The notes under the pieces: model-generated
Database searches by the model: none
What the model was told of the DNA's origin: nothing
What the model saw: the letters and a program-made list of their open reading frames with translations, nothing else
In this document: positions 9,544 to 16,427 of the stretch, piece by piece
How positions within the stretch are numbered: position 1 is the stretch's first letter
How the letters are laid out: the number at the start of each line of letters is the position of its first letter
Virus record (IMG/VR): IMGVR_UViG_3300032212_000075
Location: 1-37,428 of that record
DNA from: a virus
Taxonomy: Duplodnaviria > Caudoviricetes
Strand: one strand, 5' to 3'
Length of the DNA stretch: 37,428 bases
Position numbers and translations under genes: made by a program

Positions 9544-9819
9544 TTACCCCACGCGACACCAATCTTCAGCCAACATGTCGGTTTGTGATGCCAGCCAAGG
9601 CACAACGCAGCCTTCAGCGTCTTTCATGTCGATATGAGGCCGATATTGTACTTCGGTTCCTTCCCCCATAATTGATAAAAGTGGTTCTCGGTTTACTTTG
9701 AAATTCGTGCCGCCGACAAGGAAGATAAACATACCTTTTCCGTTCCAGCCTTCTCGCGCATAACGCTTTCCTTGTTTTAAGCCATCAATGACTTCTCCAA
9801 AATTCAATCGTTCATCCAT
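9544..9819 (-). CDS. DUF2829 / Tad2-like anti-defence nucleotide-sponge protein
   Basis: LNFGEVIDGLKQGKRYAREGWNGKGMFIFL...VPWLASQTDMLAEDW hallmark motifs. Confidence 0.8.
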   Translation of the reverse strand: MDERLNFGEVIDGLKQGKRYAREGWNGKGMFIFLVGGTNFKVNREPLLSIMGEGTEVQYRPHIDMKDAEGCVVPWLASQTDMLAEDWCRVG

Positions 9820-9841
9820 ATTAATTTTCCTTTCTGTGTTT

Positions 9842-9916
9842 TGGTGGGCGCAACTGGGATCGAACCAGCGATCTATTCCTTATGAGGGAATTGCTTTACC
9901 TCTTAGCTATACGCCC
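9842..9916 (-). tRNA. tRNA with CAT anticodon, probably tRNA-Ile2 (lysidine type), otherwise elongator Met; CCA encoded
   Basis: GGGCGTA-TA-GCTAAGAGGTAAAGC-A-ATTCC-CTCATAA-GGAAT-AGATC-GCTGG-TTCGATC-CCAGT-TGCGCCC-A-CCA; G1:C72 excludes initiator; C4:G69 favours Ile2. Confidence 0.9.
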
Positions 9917-10033
9917 AGATTTATCGGCTTGTACGAACTCAGCGCCACATTTTTCGCATTTTGCTTTGTAGGTGCAAACACTTTCGTCAATACGCTTCCA
10001 CTTCGTTAACTTGTGCTTGCAACGCTTTTCCAT
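9896..10033 (-). CDS. 45-aa zinc-ribbon-like microprotein
   Basis: AAGGAG RBS; MEKRCKHKLTKWKRIDESVCTYKAKCEKCGAEFVQADKSGRIAKR*; CxH...CxxC; last 21 nt overlap the tRNA 5' end. Confidence 0.5.
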   Translation of the reverse strand: MEKRCKHKLTKWKRIDESVCTYKAKCEKCGAEFVQADKSGRIAKR

Positions 10034-10494
10034 TTTTTACCGCTCCTTATATTTTGAACATGCCGCATCGAGACCCCGTATTTATCCGCCAGCGCTGAAA
10101 TTGTTTCCAAAGAATGATAAATCTCAAAAGCGTCTTTCCGTGTAAGTCGTCGTCTATAGTTGGGCGTATACATTGTTCCATGTTTTATGCGGTCATTTTG
10201 GTTTTCAGAAGCGGTGCACCATTTCAAATTTGAATAATGGTTATTCCAAGAATGACCGTCTATATGCGCGGCATGATGTTTTTCTGTTGGAGGTTTTCCC
10301 AAAAACGCCAAAGCAACAAGTCTATGAATCGATCTTGAGTAGTGTTTTTTATCTCTTGTGAGGGTAACTTTCGCATAAACCGGCGACATAAATTGGAGCA
10401 TAATTTTTCCATCCAGTCTGCGCACAATCCCAAATTCGCTAATTTCATAATCAGGAAATTCTTTAATCGGTTTCCATAAGGTTACATGTTTCAT
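10006..10494 (-). CDS. NUMOD4-HNH homing endonuclease
   Basis: Start reassigned to MKHVTLWKPIKEFPDYEISEFG; SIHRLVALAFLG...AAHIDGHSWNNHYSNLKWCT. Confidence 0.85.
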   Translation of the reverse strand: MKHVTLWKPIKEFPDYEISEFGIVRRLDGKIMLQFMSPVYAKVTLTRDKKHYSRSIHRLVALAFLGKPPTEKHHAAHIDGHSWNNHYSNLKWCTASENQNDRIKHGTMYTPNYRRRLTRKDAFEIYHSLETISALADKYGVSMRHVQNIRSGKKWKSVASTS

Positions 10495-10951
10495 TCCAAA
10501 GCCTTTCTGCTGTCTCGCAACAATCAATTCCATGTTCTTCATCAAAATTTTCTCTACCCATTCCGTGATAGCCATCTTTATTATCGCGGTGATGAAATTC
10601 GCAAAGCGGCATAACGCGCTTATGATCGCGCTTGCTCGCATATTTTCTTACATGGTGAACCTCTATCTTTCCTTTGCACTTTTCCGATGCAACCGAACAA
10701 GGAAGCAGTGAAACGCGGTCCAAATGAATTTGCTCTTCCCGATTTGCGGCCCGTGAGCGCTTATCTTTCATTCTTTGGTGGTTTGGTGCCTTTGGGGTTT
10801 GATTTGCGCACAGGCCAAGCGCACGCGCTTTTTGGCGGCATGAATTTGTTGTTCGTTTGAGTGTTCGGGCAATGTCGGCTTCATTTTTCTTGCCCCAATT
10901 GTCGCGAAGGTACATTTCATCGACTTTTCGCCAGCCCCTAATCACGGCCAT
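10463..10951 (-). CDS. Ref-like (RecA-dependent / DUF968-type) HNH nuclease with N-terminal HTH-like region
   Basis: EEQIHLDRVSLLPCSV...EVHHVRK...KRDHKRVMPLCEFHHR...GYHGMGRENFDEEHG. Confidence 0.65.
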   Translation of the reverse strand: MAVIRGWRKVDEMYLRDNWGKKNEADIARTLKRTTNSCRQKARALGLCANQTPKAPNHQRMKDKRSRAANREEQIHLDRVSLLPCSVASEKCKGKIEVHHVRKYASKRDHKRVMPLCEFHHRDNKDGYHGMGRENFDEEHGIDCCETAERLWNETCNLMETD

Positions 10952-11036
10952 TTATCCTTTTAATGCACTTTCCAATCAGGATGCCGAAGGCCACTGAAAA
11001 AGCCAGATAAGCCAAAATTAAACCGATTGCATTCAT
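10938..11036 (-). CDS. 32-aa single-TM microprotein
   Basis: ATGA overlap with upstream stop; MNAIGLILAYLAFSVAFGILIGKCIKRINGRD*. Confidence 0.5.
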   Translation of the reverse strand: MNAIGLILAYLAFSVAFGILIGKCIKRINGRD

Positions 11037-11335
11037 CCGCCATGCCTTTTTACATCATCAATGTATCTGAGTTTTTCGGATACAGTTTCCACAATTGCCA
11101 CGGTGTCGCTTTTGGAGGTGCCAAATAGATCGCAGTTTAAGTTATGGCACATGCGCGTTGCATCTGTTCGATCTATGGCACCAAAGAAAAGGCCGTGGTG
11201 GATAAAGTCGGTTTCGTTCTTGTAAATAACAACAAGTTCAAACCGAACGGGATCAATTGTAGAGAGAAACCACCAAACCCAATCGCCCGGCGTTTCGTGA
11301 ATGGTGATTTCAAGGGCTTGTTCAAATGCTTTCAT
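11033..11335 (-). CDS. Hypothetical protein
   Basis: Open frame in the tightly packed leftward operon; start taken at MKAFEQ. Confidence 0.55.
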   Translation of the reverse strand: MKAFEQALEITIHETPGDWVWWFLSTIDPVRFELVVIYKNETDFIHHGLFFGAIDRTDATRMCHNLNCDLFGTSKSDTVAIVETVSEKLRYIDDVKRHGG

Positions 11336-11522
11336 TGGTAAACGGCTTTTTACTATCCCAATAGGCAAGCAATGCGCGAGCCTCGCGTTGGGCGGATTCC
11401 AAAACTGGTTTTGTTTCCATCACCGTTTTGTAAATTTTATTTTTGATAGTGATTGTGTGTTTATCGCCGGAAACAGAAAGTTCGGCAATATAGTGTTCAC
11501 CATTCATTGTAGTGTAGGCCAT
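11322..11522 (-). CDS. Hypothetical protein
   Basis: 66 aa, TAATG coupling with upstream gene. Confidence 0.55.
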   Translation of the reverse strand: MAYTTMNGEHYIAELSVSGDKHTITIKNKIYKTVMETKPVLESAQREARALLAYWDSKKPFTNESI

Positions 11523-12013
11523 TATTTTACCTTTCCCGGTTTCCAGCCGTCAATTCCAGAACTGGCTTTGCGGTGGTGAATGATTTTAAGAGGTGAGGCT
11601 TGGCGACCGTCTTTCAACTTGTAAAAGCCGTCCTCAATTTCGCGACGTGTAAGCAATTGATCGGTCCAACAATGGAAATAAAACCATTTTTTTCCGATCT
11701 TCACAGCGCCTACATGATGGTCAAAAATATTATCATCAGTCTGATCAACATCTACCACGCATTCAGCTAAAGAATGTATACGAAAGCCGCCAAGAAAAAA
11801 CAGAAGGTCAATGATAAGACGTGAAAACCCGTCACAATCATCGCGAATGATGCTTTCTGCTTTCAATTGCTGAAGGTATCCCATCCACCATTCAACACGG
11901 CCATAAGTGGTTTGATCGTCTTGCCACTCATATTGCGTAAAAACGCTTGAAAGAATGCCTTGAGCACGATCCTTTGAAGCGTCCGGGCCAATTCGCCTAA
12001 TCATCACACTCAT
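11522..12013 (-). CDS. Transglutaminase-like cysteine peptidase (BTLCP/LapG-like)
   Basis: YEWQDDQTTYGRVEWW...RDDCDGFS...DHHVGAVKI resembles the BTLCP Y..D...YG..DYW...GDCEDFA...H.VL.V pattern. Confidence 0.55.
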   Translation of the reverse strand: MSVMIRRIGPDASKDRAQGILSSVFTQYEWQDDQTTYGRVEWWMGYLQQLKAESIIRDDCDGFSRLIIDLLFFLGGFRIHSLAECVVDVDQTDDNIFDHHVGAVKIGKKWFYFHCWTDQLLTRREIEDGFYKLKDGRQASPLKIIHHRKASSGIDGWKPGKVK

Positions 12014-12239
12014 AATTCATTTCCTTTGGTGTATCGGGATACATGCGCAAAATAGCTTCTGGCGTTATCAGCTTGGTCGGTCTGCGCTCTTTTGGTAGGG
12101 AGCATATGCAAATAGGTGATCTTGCGCACTCAGGGCTAAGTGTGGCAGTAAGGAAACCGGTCGGAAGCACAGGCGGCGCTTCTTCATTGTGAGAACATGC
12201 GGAGAGTGCCAAAAACGCAATGGCCATAAGATATTTCAT
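11997..12239 (-). CDS. Small lipoprotein
   Basis: MKYLMAIAFLALSA-C lipobox; Pro/Cys-rich mature part. Confidence 0.65.
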   Translation of the reverse strand: MKYLMAIAFLALSACSHNEEAPPVLPTGFLTATLSPECARSPICICSLPKERRPTKLITPEAILRMYPDTPKEMNYECDD

Positions 12240-12511
12240 CAAATTGCCTCCGTAATTTCCTGATAAGTTTTCGCGAAAATATCCGGTTTACATGGATAAA
12301 ATTCGCCATTAACACCCTTGATAATCCAATCGCCCGGTTCCGCGTGCATGTCGCCCTCAAAGGTCTTAATGATGATTGAACCATGTTTGTCTGACTGACC
12401 CCATTCTCTATCAATTGAGTGCAAAAAATCAATAAGCTCTTGCGTTGGATCATCCGCAATCGGCAATCGGTGGGCTTCAATAAGAACAGGCTTTTTACGA
12501 AAATATGGCAT
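12239..12511 (-). CDS. Conserved small phage protein (KKPV.IEA...GDWIIKG..GEFYPCKPDIF..TY family)
   Basis: Recognisable widespread phage motif; function not established. Confidence 0.75.
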   Translation of the reverse strand: MPYFRKKPVLIEAHRLPIADDPTQELIDFLHSIDREWGQSDKHGSIIIKTFEGDMHAEPGDWIIKGVNGEFYPCKPDIFAKTYQEITEAI

Positions 12512-12957
12512 TAATCTTTTTCCTTATCTGGATCGGTTAAGAGCACACCTTGCGCGGTGAATTCCATGTGAATTTTGTCGAGAAATTCTTTCATTTGTTT
12601 GGTGTTCATTTCGCTGGTAACGGGCCAACCATAATCGCCCGTCATGATCGCCAGCTTTTGCTCATAGCTGTAAGTTTTCTTGATAAAGCGGTCGTAGGTT
12701 TCGGCGTAGTCTGCGCATGAAGCGCGCATGATCGGCACCCCGTAATGCAATTTACAATAACCGTTCCATTCTGCGGCTGTCATATCGCCTTTTTGATCTG
12801 CGATTTCGGCAAGCCATTTTCGATATAGGCGGTTTTGTTTTAGAGAACGACTTGCACCATCCGTAATTTTGACGGTGAATGGAAACTTTGTGCGCCCGGA
12901 AATCAATTTTCCAACCGCTTCAGCATCATCTTTGTTATGGATGGTTCGGTGCATCAT
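12511..12957 (-). CDS. ninB: NinB-like recombination accessory protein
   Basis: VKITDGASRSLKQNRLYRKWLAEIADQ...CKLHYGVPIMRA...VTSEMNTKQMKEFLDKI. Confidence 0.65.
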   Translation of the reverse strand: MMHRTIHNKDDAEAVGKLISGRTKFPFTVKITDGASRSLKQNRLYRKWLAEIADQKGDMTAAEWNGYCKLHYGVPIMRASCADYAETYDRFIKKTYSYEQKLAIMTGDYGWPVTSEMNTKQMKEFLDKIHMEFTAQGVLLTDPDKEKD

Positions 12958-13211
12958 TCTTCTGACCAATCCGCCAAAATATCAGCAACAGAATCAGTGA
13001 TGTGTTCGGGAAGGTCAGAACATTCTTCGATTTTCTCAAGCGTTTTCATCATGAGGCGAGCAAAGCGATCAAGCTTGGCGTTGCGCTCGCGAAGACTGGA
13101 AATTTCTGCGAGCAGCATACGAACGTCAGAAGGAACAATTTGATCGCAAATATCATCTTTGCGAGCTGCTTCCATCTTTTGTTCAAGTGTCATATTCGGC
13201 CAATCAATCAC
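12954..13211 (-). CDS. Hypothetical protein
   Basis: 85 aa, ATGA couplings at both ends. Confidence 0.55.
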   Translation of the reverse strand: MIDWPNMTLEQKMEAARKDDICDQIVPSDVRMLLAEISSLRERNAKLDRFARLMMKTLEKIEECSDLPEHITDSVADILADWSEE

Positions 13212-13828
13212 AGCATATTCTCCAATATCTTCACAATTTTGTCGCGTTCACGGTTAGCGATAATGATGTTGTTCATCAAATCGCGCTGAAATTCTTTGTC
13301 TGGAAACTGGCGAACCACAAGAAGCGGAAAATCCGGGTTATAGAAAACAAGGTCGCACCATTTGCGTTCGCATATCATCATTTGGCCTTGTGGCTGAATG
13401 AAATACTTGGCCGAAACCTTTTTGTTACGATTTACAAAACGAACCATTTCCACAAAACGCCACTGAATAAGGCTTTTTATTTCAATCATTCCATCGTCGC
13501 CAACCAAACCATCCGGCGAACAGCCGCAAGAATGATTATCCGTGGCCACAAATCCAACGCGTTCAACAGAAACATCGTGCAAAAATTCATATTTCGCTAT
13601 GGCGTCCGCTTCCAATTCATGGCCGCGCTCAGTTTCTGCGTTACCATTCCACTTGTCGCTTTGCTTCTTGGTGTACGCGCCAGCGGCCAATTCATCAAAA
13701 TATGACTGTTGCTTGGTGGTTGGTGCGCCATTGGTAGTCACAAGCCGCGAAAACTCGCTTGCGGTGGGAATGCCCGCACGCAATTCATGCCATTCTTCAG
13801 TGTTCTGCTCGACGTTATGAATTATCAT
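13208..13828 (-). CDS. YqaJ / lambda-exonuclease family protein
   Basis: EQNTEEWHELRAGIPTASEF...ERGHELE...GCSPDGLVGDDGMIEIKS...QPQGQMMICERKWCDLVFY. Confidence 0.9.
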   Translation of the reverse strand: MIIHNVEQNTEEWHELRAGIPTASEFSRLVTTNGAPTTKQQSYFDELAAGAYTKKQSDKWNGNAETERGHELEADAIAKYEFLHDVSVERVGFVATDNHSCGCSPDGLVGDDGMIEIKSLIQWRFVEMVRFVNRNKKVSAKYFIQPQGQMMICERKWCDLVFYNPDFPLLVVRQFPDKEFQRDLMNNIIIANRERDKIVKILENML

Positions 13829-14849
13829 TGAAGTTCCAAGTCTTCATTATGCGCTCAATTTCAGACTGAACAGCATTTCGACCATCTTCATTTTCTTCGC
13901 GCCTATCCATCCAATGGTTGGACGGTATGAAATCGGAAAGAGCATCTTCAAAAAGTTGAATTGCTTGTGCTGGATTGCTCACCAAAGAATTTGCTTCCAC
14001 CTTCCAAACTCCGTGCTCTTGAATATAGTCTTGCACATATGGCTTGAAATGGTCTGGGTGCGATGTTTCAGAAAGGTCTTTGCCGCCCCCTGTCTCAAGG
14101 TTATTGATTTTCATCAATCCCATATCTTCAATTTGGTCAGCAGTAAGGCCAATATTCACAACATCAAAATCCATTTCTTCCCAATCAAGACCCTTGAGAT
14201 TAGCGCATGACATTAGAGTTCGACGCAAACCGGAAACTATATGCAAACCCTTTGGATCATGGTCACCAATGGCCAGCAAAATCGGCTTGCGGCCTTCATA
14301 CCAATGATCGCGGAAACGCTTAAGCATTGCTAAGCGTGAATGAATGTCGGTGTCGCCCTTTCCGTTGGTAATGCGAACGCGATGAATTTTGGCTGTTTTC
14401 TCAAAAATCTGAAGAAGGTCTTTTTTCTCGACAATCATTTCAACGTAATAGTCGAGGCGATCCCAATAACCGACTTCATGAAATTCCTCTACCCAACTTT
14501 CAAGTTCGGGTTTGATTTGGTCTACAGCATATTGCGCATGGTATTCAGGCGATCCGCTATTAGCCTCATAATCATAAACGGTGGTGGCAATTCGTGAAGC
14601 ATCCGGCTCAATTACATCAGGATCAAGCTCACCAGCTTTTCGCATATCAGTAAGAAGTTTTTCAAAGCGAGCAAAGTCACCTTTAGTAATAAGGCCCAAC
14701 CCTTCCGCATAGTAAGCCCAACCGCGAGGTCCGAACTTATAACCGGTATCAGCCGACATTTCTTCAATGGCTTGCGCTAGCCTCACGCGACTTTCTCGTC
14801 GCTCTTTTAATGGCCCCGTGGTTTTCGGTAATTCAAATTCGTAATTCAT
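13815..14849 (-). CDS. TOPRIM-domain protein of the TopoVI-A/Spo11/JetD type
   Basis: N-terminal PRGWAYY (R-x3-YY, winged-helix Tyr position), VEMIVEKKD (TOPRIM Glu), LAIGDHDPKG (DxD), NIGLTADQI, C-terminal KVEANSL; AAGGAGG RBS. Confidence 0.75.
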   Translation of the reverse strand: MNYEFELPKTTGPLKERRESRVRLAQAIEEMSADTGYKFGPRGWAYYAEGLGLITKGDFARFEKLLTDMRKAGELDPDVIEPDASRIATTVYDYEANSGSPEYHAQYAVDQIKPELESWVEEFHEVGYWDRLDYYVEMIVEKKDLLQIFEKTAKIHRVRITNGKGDTDIHSRLAMLKRFRDHWYEGRKPILLAIGDHDPKGLHIVSGLRRTLMSCANLKGLDWEEMDFDVVNIGLTADQIEDMGLMKINNLETGGGKDLSETSHPDHFKPYVQDYIQEHGVWKVEANSLVSNPAQAIQLFEDALSDFIPSNHWMDRREENEDGRNAVQSEIERIMKTWNFNDNS

Positions 14850-14853
14850 TGCA

Positions 14854-15606
14854 TTATCCCTCCTTGTTCTTTTTGATTTTTTGTTTCAGCAACATGCGAG
14901 CTTTTCGGAAATCTTTACCGCGAAGATTTTTTACCGCATCAACATCGAAATTCTCACAAAACTTTTTCGGGTCCGCGCCAGCTTCAGAAATCAATTCCTG
15001 AATTTCTTCAAATTCCTCTTCATTGATGGCGTTTAATTGCATGGCATCATCATCCATGCCTTTAACCGCAAGCCCTGTAAGGGCGAGAAGGGTGTAACGC
15101 TGAAGGTAGGTGACAGTTGAGCCGATGGCTTGAACGTTATTTTTTCCGCCTGAAGTGTCCGCTGGTGCAACCAATGAACAGCTTTCACTATGGCCTTCGG
15201 CGTGGGTAATGATGCACGAAACAGAAGTGCCGCCATTTTCATCGCGTCCGGTTTCCCAACGATGGCTTAAATCATGACGAAGAAGCGCATCGCCAATAAC
15301 CTTGGCCGCATATTCAAGAGAGACGTGGCTATATGAAGTTGTTTGGCCCTTGGCCTCATAGCTCACATGCTTGTCGCGGTAAAGCTCTGGCGGATCGGCC
15401 TTGAATGCACTCATTGCAGCCGTATAAGCTTTTTCAGCTTGGCGCTTTTCCCACCGCTCTTGAAGGTCCATAAGCTTTGTAAGCTGATCGGCATCCGCGC
15501 CTTTTTCAATGGCCTGTTCCATTAATTCCATAGGTGTCAATGCGCGAACTTCTTTCGCTTCTTCAACCTCAGTGGTTTCTTCAGCTTTCGTTACAAGGTC
15601 ATTCAT
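14854..15606 (-). CDS. erf: ERF-family single-strand annealing protein
   Basis: LTKLMDLQERWE...VSCIITHAEGHSES...DTSGGKNNVQAIGSTVTYLQRYTLLALTGL...DDDA; start at TAATG overlap (TTG 15624 is an alternative). Confidence 0.9.
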   Translation of the reverse strand: MNDLVTKAEETTEVEEAKEVRALTPMELMEQAIEKGADADQLTKLMDLQERWEKRQAEKAYTAAMSAFKADPPELYRDKHVSYEAKGQTTSYSHVSLEYAAKVIGDALLRHDLSHRWETGRDENGGTSVSCIITHAEGHSESCSLVAPADTSGGKNNVQAIGSTVTYLQRYTLLALTGLAVKGMDDDAMQLNAINEEEFEEIQELISEAGADPKKFCENFDVDAVKNLRGKDFRKARMLLKQKIKKNKEG

Positions 15607-15737
15607 TACATTTTCCAATGCCAAAATATTTCAAACAGTACAAAGAGCGCGATCAAGGCAAGCAGGAAAGGCCCGGTGACAAAATCAATCTTTTGCAAGA
15701 AAGACTTCTTTTTCCATTTTCTAATCAGTCGAAACAT
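15606..15737 (-). CDS. Small membrane protein
   Basis: MFRLIRKWKKKSFLQKIDFVTGPFLLALIALFVLFEIFWHWKM*; one TM segment. Confidence 0.45.
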   Translation of the reverse strand: MFRLIRKWKKKSFLQKIDFVTGPFLLALIALFVLFEIFWHWKM

Positions 15738-15912
15738 ATTGCTTCTCAAGGATTTTGAGAGCTTGTTCCAAACGCCATTTTGCGCCAGAAAGTTGCTCGA
15801 ATGCTTCTGAATCTTCTTCAATAAGCGGATTGTTTTCTTTCAAACGATCCGAAATGTAATCAGTCGCAGCTTGATCAACTTTTTCTTTCAATTCTCTAAT
15901 TTCAGCAAGCAT
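15721..15912 (-). CDS. Hypothetical protein
   Basis: 63 aa helical ORF in operon. Confidence 0.55.
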   Translation of the reverse strand: MLAEIRELKEKVDQAATDYISDRLKENNPLIEEDSEAFEQLSGAKWRLEQALKILEKQYVSTD

Positions 15913-15915
15913 AAT

Positions 15916-16143
15916 TTACCCCAATAATTGTTCTATGGCTTCTTTTTTAAGCGTCTCTACAAGATCAGCAGGCAGCCCTTTCACATCAAAGCCATAAATT
16001 CGGATCGTCTGAATTTCTAAATCAGTTTCCTTTACATGGCGGTCAAAGCCCATGACTTCATAAATTTCTGTGTGCTCAGTAATTTCACAATCAAGCTCAA
16101 TTACATCATCGCCAAGGTATGCGGTTTCGTGTGAAGTCGTCAT
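15916..16143 (-). CDS. Hypothetical acidic protein, first gene of leftward arm
   Basis: 75 aa; GGAC RBS upstream. Confidence 0.6.
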   Translation of the reverse strand: MTTSHETAYLGDDVIELDCEITEHTEIYEVMGFDRHVKETDLEIQTIRIYGFDVKGLPADLVETLKKEAIEQLLG

Positions 16144-16164
16144 TTTCGTCCAATCTCGTGTCCA

Positions 16165-16250
16165 ATGCCAACCATAAATAATCTAAAAAAACATAATGTC
16201 AACTGCAATAAACAATTGACATTGAATTTATAAAAACATAAATGTCGTTA
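16165..16250. promoter_or_regulatory. Back-to-back early promoters with putative operator repeats
   Basis: TTGACA on - (16197-16202) and on + (16216-16221), AT-rich downstream regions; repeats AAAAACATAATGTC and AAAAACATAAATGTC. Confidence 0.7.
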
Positions 16251-16271
16251 AACCAACAACGGAGTTACTTT

Positions 16272-16427
16272 ATGCAAAAGGAACAAATTACCATTCGCGT
16301 TCGCCCTGAGTATGGCGGAAAACTGCGTAAATTTTCAAAAGGGCGCGGCTTGGCGATGGGCCAGTACATAGAAGCGCTTCTTGATGAAGAAGAAAAAAGG
16401 CAAACCCAAACAAAGGAAACAAAATAA
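16272..16427 (+). CDS. Ribbon-helix-helix (Arc/CopG-like) transcriptional regulator
   Basis: GGAG RBS; MQKEQITIRVRPEYGGKLRKFSKGRGLAMGQYIEALLDEE: alternating beta strand, helix, G-turn, helix. Confidence 0.65.
   Translation: MQKEQITIRVRPEYGGKLRKFSKGRGLAMGQYIEALLDEEEKRQTQTKETK

Noticed and set aside
9842-9916. tRNA as an attP/integration remnant
   Set aside because: It is full-length, not a 3' fragment, no second copy was seen, and no integrase was recognised
9788-10009. Plus-strand 73-aa ORF
   Set aside because: Antisense to the tRNA and the leftward operon; WWAQLGSNQR is the typical translation of a tRNA reverse complement
10006-10494. The two NUMOD4-HNH genes (also 23225-23764) as intron-borne or defence nucleases
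   Set aside because: Free-standing, flanking genes are intact and no intron structure was noticed; ordinary selfish homing endonucleases
11997-12013. Programmed frameshift joining lipoprotein and protease
   Set aside because: No slippery heptamer in the overlap, and the protease ATG has its own AAGGA RBS
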